Positions 1-11,600 of a DNA stretch of 64,000 nt are shown one piece after another. The notes beneath the pieces were generated by a model that did no database searches, was not told the DNA's origin, and saw only the letters and a program-made list of their open reading frames with translations. Position 1 is the first letter of the stretch, and every line of letters begins with the position of its first letter. The translations under genes and the position numbers were made by a program. Source of the stretch: Anaeramoeba ignava BMAN (Eukaryota > Protista > Anaeramoebae). The stretch spans positions 248,001 through 312,000 of the forward strand of contig JAPDFW010000066.1 in NCBI GenBank assembly GCA_028826165.1. Direction: 5' to 3'.

Positions 1-930
1 TTTTAAATTAAAGAAATAAAAATATAAAATAAATTATTAATAATAAAAAAGTGGAATATTTCTTTTATTTCTTTTTTTTTGATTTATTTCTAATTAATTT
101 TATTTATTTGTTTTAATATAAATAAATTATTAATAAAAACATAAAATAAATTAATAATAAAAAAGTGGAATATTTCTTTTGTTTATTTTTTTTTGATTTA
201 TTTCTAATTAAATTTATCTGTTTTAATATAAATAAATTATTAATAAAAATATAAAATAAATTAATAAGGAATAAAAAGTGGAATAAATATATAAATTAAA
301 TTAATAATAAAAATATATAATAAATTATTAATAAAAAAGTGGAATATTTCTTTTATTTCTTTTTTTTTGATTTATTTCTAATTAAGTTTATTTATCTGTT
401 TTAATATAAATAAATTAATAATAAAAATATAAAATAAATTTATAATAAAAAGTGGAATAAAAAGTGGAATAAATATATAAATTAAATTAATAATAAAAAG
501 TGGAATATTTCTTTTGTTTCTTTTTTGATTTATTTCTAATTAAATTTATTTGATTTAATATAAATAAATTAATAATAAAAATATAAAATAAATTAATAAT
601 AAAAAAGTGGAATAAAAAGTGGAATATATATATAAATAAATTATTAACAAAAATATAAAATAAATTATTAATAAAAAAGTGGAATATTTCTTTTGTTTAT
701 TTTTTTTTGATTTATTTCTAATTAAATTTAATTGTTTTAATATAAATAAATTATTAATAAAAATATAAATTAAATTAATAATAAAAAGTGGAATAAAAAG
801 TGGAATAAATATATAAATAAATTAATTATAAAAATATAAAATAAATTAATAATAAAAAAGTGGAATATCTCTTTTGTTTATTTTTTTTGATTTATTTCTA
901 ATTAAGTTTATTTATCTGTTTTAATATAAA
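1..930. repeat. Degenerate AT-rich tandem repeat (variable ~120-180 bp units containing AAAAGTGGAATA), overlapping the USP stop codon region
   Basis: Recurring blocks 'aaaagtggaatatttctttt...gatttatttctaattaa...tgttttaatataaa'. The last copy runs into the USP C-terminal codons at 908-930. Confidence 0.85.
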
Positions 931-3322
931 AAAGAATATAAGCGTTTGGATCAACAATTTCTTTTTCTGAAACTTCTGAAATTGAAGTATCATCTATATG
1001 AACCCAATTACCAGTCCATTTTAAAGCAGAACAAGTATAATGTCCTTCAATCGGTGATTGACCAATATGATAAATAACAGAAACCAAATTATAAATGTGT
1101 TCTTTTTTTCCTTTTTTATGTAATTCAGAACTTATTATTTTTTTTGGAATAGTTAATTTTGTTGGAAAATTAATTGCTTTATGAACTTTAAATGCTCCAG
1201 TTTTTTCTGAAAATCTAAATCTTTTTAAATGGAGAATAAGAATAACTGGTAATTGATGAATTTTTGTTTTTTTTTGGGCTCCAATCTAATTTTGATTTTG
1301 ATTTTGATTTTGATTTTAATTTTGATTTTGATTTTGATTTTGATTTTGATTTTGATTTTGAATTTGATTTTGATTTTGATTTTGATTTTGATTTTGATTT
1401 TGATTTTGAATTTGATTTTGATTTTGATTTTGAATTTAATTTTGAATTTGATTTTAATTTTTAATTTTGAATTTGATTTAAATTTTAAAAAAAACATTTT
1501 GTTTTGTTGTTTCATCAGTATAATCTCTTAAATTTTCTGGGTCAGAAAAATCAATTAAAGCATCCTCAATTGAAGAAATATGAAATCCATTAATATTAAT
1601 AGGTAAAATCATAAAAGGTTCAAAAGATATTAAAGGTTTCATTCCATTTGGTACAATTTTACTTTTTAAAGTTCCTCCAAAAATATCTCTAATAATGGTT
1701 TTTTTGGGGATGATCTATTAATTTTGATTTTTAATTTTAATTTGAATTTGAATTTGAATTTGAATTTGAATTTTAATTTGAATTTGAATTTGATATTGAT
1801 TTTTATTTTGATTTTGAATTTGAATTTTGAATTTAATATTGATTTTGATTTTGATTTTGATTTTGATTTTAATTTTAATTTAAATTTAATTTTGAATTTT
1901 AATTTTGATTTTGATTTTAATTTGATTTTGATTTTAATTTTGATTTTAATTTTAATTTTGATTTTGATTTTGATTTTGATTTTGATTTTGATTTAATTTT
2001 AATTTTGATTTTGATTTTGATTTTGAATTTTAATTTTGATTTTGATTTTGATTTTGATTTTGATTTTGAATTTGATTTTGATTTTGATTTTGATTTTGAT
2101 TTTGATTTTAATTTTAATTTTGATTTTGATTTTAATTTTGATTTTAATTTTAATTTTGATTTTGAATTTAATTTTGATTTTGATTTTGATTTTGATTTTG
2201 ATTTTGATTTTGATTTTAAATTTAAATTTTGAATTTGATTTTGATTTTGGTTTTGAATTTGAATTTTGATTTTAAATTTTAATTTTAATTTTATTTTCTT
2301 TTACTCGTTGAACTAAGATTTGTGTATTCTTGACTTTTTTTTTTGTGTGTGTGTGTGTATGTATTAATAAATAAAATTCAAAGAATCAATATATATATAT
2401 ATATATATTTTTTTCATTATACAATCTTGTAAAGCTTTCTCAATTTCAAACATTTTCCCAGAATTATTAAGACCTAAAATAACGGCAATTTCTTCATGAA
2501 CAGAATCAAGTAAAAAATTTAAAAATTCTTGTGCGTCTTCTTGAACACTCTTCAAATAATTAGGACCATCTGGTTTAAATCTTCCAATTACATCAAATAA
2601 TTTTTCATAAAAAAAAGAAGTTGATTTTGAATCAAAATCAAATCCTAAACGTGAAAATCCTTTTGTTTTGATATCAATATCAACAGAAATATTTTTAATA
2701 AATCCAGCTCTATATTAATATTATTATTATTATTGTTGTTATTTTTTGAAAAAATGAATATTTTCTTCATCTTTTAATTCCATTGATAATTTTTCAGTTT
2801 ACAATGATTGAAGAATTAAACAATTTGAATAATCTTCAAAATTTGCTTTTCGGATTTTATCCAAAAAGAAAATAAATGGTGGACATGCTAATAAACCCTG
2901 CATAACGTATTTAAATTAAAATAGAATTAAGCAAATCAAAGAAAAAAATTTTTTTATCTTTCTTTCTTTTTTTTTTTTGTTAAAAAATGAATAAAATAAA
3001 TTAAAAGGATATTGAATTAACAAAACAACTATTTCCTCTATTCTCCATTCCTCTAATTTGAATTCCAATTGGTTCATTTTGAATTGTAATTTGGGGAAGA
3101 ATATCTTAATTTGAAAAAAAAAAATCAAATAATAAAAAAGTAAAAGTTTTGTTTTATTTTAAAATAGTTTTTACTTTGAATTTTTCTTTGAATTCTTCTT
3201 TCTTCTTTTTCTTTTATTTTTTTTTCTCTTTGTAAAATTTTATCAATTGGTAAAATAATTTTTGATATTTTCAATTTATTTTGAATTTCTTCTTTTGTAA
3301 ATTCACCAAATCTTAAATCCAT
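908..3322 (-). CDS. Ubiquitin carboxyl-terminal hydrolase (peptidase C19, USP10/Ubp3-like), multi-exon
   Basis: Manual splicing gives the Cys box RGMENRGNSCFVNS|VMQGLLACPPF, then QEDAQEFLNFLLD, LPVILILHLKRF, and the His box HIGQSPIEGHYTC...WVHIDD...NAYILFY. Stop TAA at 908-910. The 5' exon boundaries are approximate. Confidence 0.88.
1290..2290. repeat. Hexamer microsatellite (TTTTGA/TTTTAA/TTTGAA)n filling two USP introns (~1290-1490 and ~1720-2290)
   Basis: Visible directly; it is the source of the ILIL/DFDF/KIKI pseudo-ORFs. Confidence 0.95.
2907..3012 (-). other. U12-type (minor spliceosome) AT-AC intron in the USP gene
   Basis: Minus-strand 5' end ATATCCTTTT, branch-like TTGCTTAAT ~20 nt from the 3' end, 3' end AAATAC. 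Removal (106 nt, phase 0) restores CFVNS|VMQGLLACPP. Confidence 0.85.
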
Positions 3323-3433
3323 TTTATTAAAAAATGAAAAATGAAAAATGAAAAATGAAAAATGAAAAAAAATGAAAATAAAAATTTTTGAAAATCATTT
3401 TTCTTTTCTTTTTTTAATTTCTTTTCCAATAAA
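3323..3433. promoter_or_regulatory. 111-bp bidirectional promoter with repeated TCATTTT initiator-like motifs
   Basis: Divergent ATGs at 3322 (-) and 3434 (+); (TCATTTT)n on the minus strand and TCATTTTT on the plus strand. Confidence 0.55.
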
Positions 3434-6400
3434 ATGGAAAAAATTCATTCAAAAGTTTTATTATCAAAAACTTTAATTCAAAACTTTTCAATTCAAAAAA
3501 CTTTTTTATTCAATTCAAACAATGAAGAAAATTCTTTTGATTTAATAATTTCTAAAAATAATTCAATTGAATTAATTAATATTGATTTAAATGGGAAAAT
3601 GAAAATTATTTGCCAACAAAATATCTTTGGGATGATAAATAATATTGAGTTAATTTCAATAAAAAATGAATCAACAAATGAAAAAGAATCTTTTCTTGTT
3701 ATTCTTTCTGAAGAATTTGATGTTTCATTAATTGGATTTTCTTATAAATATCAAAAATTTTTCACTTTAAATTCAATCAATCTTAAATCAATTTTTCCAA
3801 AAAGAAGAAAACACCATTTCTACTCCTGCTTATCTTTCAATAGATTCAAAACAAAGATTTATTGCTGTTGGAAGTCTAGAAAACCAAATTTCTATTGTTT
3901 CGCTTGAAGTTTTTGATCTTGAACAGTTTCATCACAAAAACCAAAATGAAAATTATCTTTATTTGAAAAAAATGGGTTCAAATCATTTCTTTTCATTATC
4001 GCATCACTCAAATTATGATAAGAATAATTCCGATAATTCTATTCTTTGGGATTTGAAATTTATTCCAAATTTAAATGGCTCATTAAATTCCATTTTAGTT
4101 GCTATTATTCATGAAAATGAAAATCAAAATGAAAACAATATTCTATTTTTTCAAGTTAATTTACAAAATGATCCAAAATTGAAACTGTCATTTCAAATTA
4201 ATTTACAAAATGAAAAAAATCACGATAAATTAAGCAAAAAAATTCAATTCCCTTATTTAATCCATGTTTCTCCCAATTTACCTAATTTTTTGATTCTTTT
4301 CCAAAGAAATGGATTTGCAACAATAATTTTAATTCAAGAGCATCACACCGAGAAAAATAACAGCAATAACAATATCGAGAATGATATTGATACTTTTGAA
4401 ACTGAATATTCCCATTTTCAAAGAACAATCAAACTTTTTCCTAATGATGATCTCATTTCTGCAATTTGTTTTGATTACCTTGATCCAAATGTGTTTTTTT
4501 GTGTTAATCAAAATGGGGAATTACTTAAACTTATAACCCAGAATCAGAATGTCAAGCAAATTGAATCTTTTGACATCCAAGTTTGGAGTTTTGGAATAAT
4601 TTGCAAATCATCATCGTTAGTTCATCTACCCTCACAAATATTTGTTCTTTTTGGAAGTATGTGTGATGGATGTGTGATTAAAATTGAAGAAAATCGAGAA
4701 ACTGCAGAAAATCAGATTATTGAATTGGCTCAAATCAAAAATTTTTCACCTTTAATAAATTTGCAATACGGCAATCAAAATAATTTCATTTTCTCTTCAG
4801 GTTTGAAAGAAAATGGGAAAATATGTTTTGCAAAAAAAGGAATTCCTGTCAAATATATTTATCAATCACCAAAAGAAGCTCAAAATACTATTTTTGGAAT
4901 TCAAAATGTGTGGAGTTTTGATTCTGGAACAGAAAATCAAAATAAATTATTCTTCATCTCTTATATTGATTCTACTAAAATATTCCGAATCAATCCTAAT
5001 AATGGTGAATTTATTGAAATTACTAATGAAGAAAAAACAAAATTTGAAACAAAACAACCAACTTTATTCGTTTCCAAATTTAAAGATAATTTCATTCAAA
5101 TTTGCTCCAAAATCATTTTGTGGATTAAAAATGGTGTAGTTATAAATAAATGGGAAATCGAAAAAAACAACACCGACAACATCATTCTCGCAAAATCATT
5201 CAAAAGAAAAATTGTTATTGTGGCATCAAATGGCTTCCAAATTTTCTATTTAAAGATGGTTGAAAAAGAACAGAGAATCCAAATAATTTCTCAAATATTG
5301 CTAAAAGAAGAAGTGTCTTGCATTTCAATTCCACAAGAATATTTTCTGGATCGCAAAACTCGAAAATTATTCAACAATTTGTGCTTTCTTGGCACATATA
5401 AATCTTCTGTTATTGTATTAGATCTAGATAAGAAAATACCTGATCAAAAAGAAATCAAGTTGAGAGAAAATTTTGATTTAAATAGATTGTCCAACAAACA
5501 AAATCCCCATTGCGTTCCTCATTCAATTATATTTGCGTTATCAAAGAACGAAAACGAAGAAAGCGAAGTTAAAATTATTATTGGAATGAGAAATGGGTTT
5601 TTGGTCATATTCAATATTGAAAATGAAATTAATCTAAATTCATCTTTTTTCCGAAATGAACAAATTATAGAAATTGATGGGAATTATCCTGTTAATTTAT
5701 TATCATTTGCAGCTTATAATCAACAGGAAATATCTTCTTTAATGATTTCACATGATCAAGTTTGGAAATTCACAAATCACAAAAAATTTATTCCGATAAA
5801 TTTTAGTGGATTAATTCATGCCTCTCATTTATCAAGTGTGGAAAATGAAGACTGGTTTATTTTTATTACAAATTCACAAATTAACATTATCCAATTAGAA
5901 AGAGAAGAGGTTTATGAATTCCAAGATTTCTTGATTAGTGAAAAAATTGAGAAAATGATTTATTTAGACGAAATTCAAAAAGTGATTCTTGTATCCAATA
6001 ATATTGATTCAAAACAATCAAATTTAGAGATTTTTGATGCTTTGAAAAGAAAGGTTTACACACAATTTGAGCTTCCAAAAAAGTATCAAGTATCAAATAT
6101 TTGCAAATGGAGCTATCAGAACAAAAGAATTACAATTTGTGTTGCAATGAATAAAATCAATCAAATTCAAATAAGAGGATGCTTGTTATTTTTTATGATC
6201 AAAAAATCAAAACCCAAAAAAAGAGTAGAAGATTCTGAGCAATATTCCCAAATTTTCTCAAATCAAAATGAAGAAAAATATACTTTGACTAAACTTGATG
6301 AAAGTATAACAGAAAATGGATTTATTCAATGTGTTTGCGAATATTCAAAAGAATGTAGTTTTATTTTCAATCGGAAAAAAATTGAAAATTGCTAAATTAG

Positions 6401-7254
6401 ATTCTGGAAAGAAAAGTATTAAAACGATTGGATATTTAAACATGAAATCAGAAATTACATCAATTAATTCAAATTCAAATTCAAATTTAAATTCAAATTC
6501 AAATTCAAACTCAAATTTAATTGCAGTTTCACAAAAAACAGAAAGTATTTCTTTGATCAAATGGAATCAAACAACAAATCAATTTATTGTCATTGCACAT
6601 GATTATTTTCCAAGAATGATTCAAAATTGTATTTTTGTTGATGATATTAATTTATTTGCAATGGATTTTTGGGGAAATTTCTTTCTATTTTCAATTACAG
6701 ATTCAAAAAACAATGAAATTCAAAAATTTTCAAACATTTCCAAATCAGACATCAATCAACAATTAAACATTGTTGAAAATTGTGTAATTAATTCAAGACA
6801 ACTAAGATCTAATTTAGTCAAAAATGAAACAATTGATTTTAAAGGAGAAAAAATCATTTCTTTATATTCTTCATCAACAACAGGAAATTTAATTTGTTTT
6901 GAAATTGTTTCACTTTCTTCTTATCAAATAAATATTCTTCGCTTTCTTCATGGTATTCTTTCTTTAAATCATTTTACAAAACCTTTATTAGGAAATGATT
7001 ATGAATCTTTTAGTTCGAAAAATTATAAAAGAAAAAATATTTTTGATTCAGATTTTTTATTCCAATTTTTTGAAATTCCAAATTTTGAAAAAAAGAAGAT
7101 TTGTTTAAAATTAAAAGAGAAAATTACAAAAAAGCAAAGATTTAAAATTAATCAAGAAGAAAAAACGGAAGAAATTTTTGAGAACAATTTAATTTTAAAT
7201 AAATTAATTAAATTAATTGAAGAAATCAATCAAATGATGAAAGAAATTAAATAA
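3434..7254 (+). CDS. DDB1/SF3B3(Rse1)/CPSF1-family triple beta-propeller protein (MMS1/Rse1-like), ~1270 aa, two apparent frameshifts (~3800-3840, ~6350)
   Basis: N-terminal IICQQNIFGMI, IKNFSPLINL, and CPSF_A-like C-terminus AHDYFPRMI..FVDDINLFAMDFWGNFF and PLLGNDYESF...KNIFDSDFLFQF, resembling SF3B3/DDB1 motifs. Joins ORFs 3434-3907, 3963-6395 and 6316-7254. Confidence 0.75.
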
Positions 7255-7269
7255 AAAAACAATAACAAA

Positions 7270-8470
7270 ACCAATATTTTATTCCACTTTTTTTATTAAA
7301 TTGAATAAAGAAATATTATTTAAATTGAATAAATAAATATTATTTAAATTTAATAAATAAATATTATTTAAATTATTAAAATATTTTATTCCACTTTTTT
7401 TTATTAAATTTAATAAAGAAATATTATTTAAATTTAATAAATAAATATTATTTAAATTTAATAAATAATTATTATTTAAATTTAATAAATAAATATTATT
7501 TAAATTTAATAAATAAATATTATTTAAATTATTAAAATATTTTATTCCACTTTTTATTAAATTTAATAAATAAATATTATTTAAATTTAATAAAGAAATA
7601 TTTAAATTTAATAAATAAATATTATTTAAATTGAATAAATAAATATTATTTAAATTTAATAAATAAATATTATTTAAATTTAATAAATAAATATTATTTA
7701 AATTATTAAAATATTTTATTTAAATTTAATAAATAAATATTATTTAAATTTAATAAATAAATATTATTTAAATTTAATAAAGAATTATTATTTAAATTTA
7801 ATAAATAAATATTATTTAAATTATTAAAATATTTTATTTAAATTTAATAAATAAATATTATTTAAATTATTGAAATATTTTATTCCACTTTTTATTAAAT
7901 TTAATAAATAAATATTATTTAAATTTAATAAAGAATTATTATTTTAAATTATTAAAATATTTTATTTAAATTTAATAAATAATTATTATTTAAATTTAAT
8001 AAATAAATATTATTTAAATTGAATAAATAAATATTATTTAAATTTAATAAATAAATATTATTTAAATTGAATAAATAAATATTATTTAAATTTAATAAAT
8101 AAATATTATTTAAATTATTAAAATATTTTATTCCACTTTTTTTTATTAAATTTAATAAAGAAATATTATTTAAATTTAATAAAGAAATATTATTTAAATT
8201 TAATAAATAAATATTATTTAAATTTAATAAATAAATATTATTTAAATTTAATAAATAAATATTATTTAAATTTAATAAATAAATATTATTTAAATTGAAT
8301 AAATAAATATTATTTAAATTTAATAAATAAATATTATTTAAATTATTAAAATATTTTATTCCACTTTTTTTTATTAAATTGAATAAATAAATATTATTTA
8401 AATTTAATAAAGAATTATTATTTAAATTATTAAAATATTTTATTCCACTTTTTTTTATTAAATTGGATAA
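7270..8470. repeat. 24-bp minisatellite (TAAATATTATTTAAATTTAATAAA) with interspersed TATTCCACTTTT units, between convergent 3' ends
   Basis: Visible directly. Confidence 0.9.
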
Positions 8471-8631
8471 AGAATTGAAAAAAAAATAAGAAATGATGAA
8501 TTTATTGACTGAAATGACAAGATGAAGAAAAATCAAAAGAAAATCAATAGAAAAGAATATCAAAAGAAAAAAAATAGAAAAGAAAAGGAAATAATAATTG
8601 GATAAAAAAGAAAGAAAGAAATTTAACCATT

Positions 8632-11600
8632 TCAATTTTCATCAGAAGTATCTCGTGGAGAAGTAGGAGAATAAGTTCTTGGTGATGAAGGAGAATATAC
8701 TCTTGGAGAAGTAGGTGAATAAGTTCTAGGTGATGTTGGTGAATAAGTTCTTGGGGATGTTGGTGAATAAGTTCTAGGTGAAGATGGAGAATAAGTTCTA
8801 GGTGATGAAGGTGAATATACTCTTGGTGAAGAAGGTGAATAAGTTCTTGGTGATGAAGGTGAATATGTTCTTGGTGAAGAAGGTGAATAAGTTCTAGGTG
8901 AAGATGGAGAATAAGTTCTTGGTGAAGATGGAGAATATGTTCTGGTGATGAAGGTGAATAAGTTCTTGGTGAAGAAGGTGAATAAGTTCTTGGTGATGAA
9001 GGTGAATATGTTCTTGGTGATGAAGGAGAATAAGTTCTAGGTGATGAAGGTGAATATGTTCTGGGTGAAGATGGAGAATAAGTTCTTGGTGAAGAAGGTG
9101 AATAAGTTCTAGGTGAAGATGGAGAATATGTTCTTGGTGATGAAGGAGAATAAGTTCTAGGTGAAGAAGGTGAATAAGTTCTAGGTGAAGATGGAGAATA
9201 TGTTCTTGGTGAAGTAGGTGAATATGTTCTAGGTGATGTTGGTGAATAGCTTCTTGGTGATGTTGGTGAATAGCTTCTTGGTGATGAAATAGAAAGCATA
9301 TTGTCATCGACTGGTGAATAAAACGGAGATTCAAGAGGAGAGGTTTGTCCCATTGAATTTGGAGAAAAAACAGGACTAAATTCACCTTTTGAATGTGGGG
9401 AATAAGCAAAAGCTGAATCAAGAGGAGTTCCAATTGAATGGAGAGGAGAATGAGTAGGGGTTCTATCGTCGGAAATCTCTCCCATAACATCAGTTTGTGT
9501 GTAATCAACCATAGGAATAACATAAGCATTTCGGACAAGGTTTTCATCAAGAAGAAGATCGAAAATACCTGTTCCAAGTGGAGCGAGTTTTCCGAGAAGA
9601 ATATTCTCAGAGATGCCGTGAAGAGGGTCAGTCTCTGAGAAGGCTGCAGCCTCAATAAGAATATCGGAGGTCTCTTCAAAGGAGGCCTTCATGAGAGGAC
9701 CAGCATTTCCGCGGTTGATTCCATGGCGGGTGATAGCGGTGAGCTTTCCACGAACAGTCATTACATCGGCAAGAGTGCAGAGATGTCTGTAATTGACATA
9801 TGATCCATCAAACGAAATAACTTTGTCGAGTTCGTGGAGAACAGCATTGCGCGCTGCTTCAATCCCAAGAGAATTTGCAGTCTCGACAATCTCATTGGAC
9901 ATGGTGAATCGTGCGTCGACAAGAGGATGTGCAATGACTTGAAGAAGATTAACACCTTCTGTATGAAGAATCCAAACCGGTCGATTTTCATAAAGTCCGG
10001 TTTGTGGATTGTATACTGAGCGTTTAGTATCCTCCATTGTGACTTTCTTGATACCTTCTACGCCCTTAAGCACCATATTAGTGAGAAGATAATGCTCTAA
10101 TGTTCGCAAAGTGAGAAGATCTCCAGAATCTTCTGAATCGCTTTCCATTTGTTGTTCGCTTTGAGAAATACGTTGCCGAATACGCAAGAAAGGTTTCTCG
10201 GCAAGTGTGTCAGAATGAATGCAGACAAAACCGGGATATTCGTGTTGGATTTTGTCCGAAATGTCTTTCATCTCGATTTTTTTATCAGCGATAGCCTTCT
10301 TATCAAATTCGAAACGCAGAACCCATGGAGAAACATCATCGCTTGGGATCTCCTCGGTAACATAATATCTTCTCACAAAATCACGCTCCTCTTCTACTAC
10401 AGAGTTGAGTGGGTCTGGATCGTAATAAACCTCGGTTCTTGCCGTGATTTGGCGAAGAGTCATTGTCTCGATATCAATTCGAACTCGATTTGCATTGTCT
10501 CGATCATATGCTCCATCCATGAAAACATTCAATGAAGGTGTTCGTGTTTTCTGGGCTACGTTGATGATCTCTCTCAAACGCGGCACTCCCAGTGTTACAT
10601 TCTTTGCTGAAATTCCTGCGTGATGAAATGTATCCATCATCCCGATTCCGTTTGCCAATGAAAATGTGAGATTATCGGATACAGTCAAGTCATATACGTA
10701 TTTTTGACTTGGTTCAACTTCTTTAATACTGATGATTTTGTCGAAAATCACATCACTTTCAAGCGCCATTTTAAGGATTTCTTTTTCTTCCATTTTATCT
10801 TTTTGATCTTTTTCTTTCGAACAAATACTTGTGTATACTCTTCTTAATTCCTCTACTGAAATATCTCCTCGAAGATGCTCGGTGTTATTCCCACTGATTA
10901 TCTCTTCCTCATCATTCTTTTTTTCCTTTGAAAAAATCTCCATTTCATAATCCAAAGAAAATTCATTCCAAATATTCATGTTTTTTCTGATTTGCTTTAA
11001 ATATCGATAGCCATTTCCACCGCAGATATTGATTTGATATTTTTTGTTTGTTTCCTTTTTTTTGCAGAATATTCCAAATCTATTCAATAAGTTAATATGT
11101 AAATTTTGCATCTTTTCATCAGGAAATACAAGTTTTATTGATGAATTTTTTTGGTTAATAGAAGAATCACCAAAAGCGAATTGAGCCTCAATCATTCCTT
11201 GAATAAACTTTGTATTTGCAAGAACTGCCCATGCAGGAATTTTCTTTGTTTTCTTTGTTTCCTTTGTTTTCTTTGTTTTCTTTGTTTTCTTTGTTTTCTT
11301 TGTTTTCTTTGTTTCCTTTGTTTTCTTTGTTTTCTTTGTTTTCTTTGTTTCCTTTGTTTTCTTTGTTTTCTTTGTTTTCTTTGTTTCCTTTGTTTTGCTT
11401 TCAAAAGCCTCATTTTCCGTTTGATTCAATCTTGATAAAAATTCAGCAACAAATTCAGATTGAATTCGAACACTTTCTCCTGATTCTTCCAAATTAATCT
11501 TTCTTATTCTGAGAGTTGGATTATTAGATAATTCCTCAACAAAAATTTGAAATGCATTATTTTCCAAAAAGGAATTCTTTTCAAGTGGCAATTTCATTTT

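Noticed and set aside
1225-2269. ILIL/DFDF/KIKI ORFs (also 34489-34788, 57586-57807, 59547-60057, 61894-62355)
   Set aside because: They are translations of hexamer microsatellites in introns or spacers.
7952-8635. 227-aa LNLNNIY ORF resembling a leucine-rich repeat
   Set aside because: It is the translation of a 24-bp intergenic minisatellite.
8544-9679. His-rich tail (HLHHQELI) on RPB1 and overlapping ORF 8894-9679
   Set aside because: It is an alternative frame of the CTD repeat. A single missing base at ~8943 breaks an otherwise exact 24-nt period and is most likely an error.
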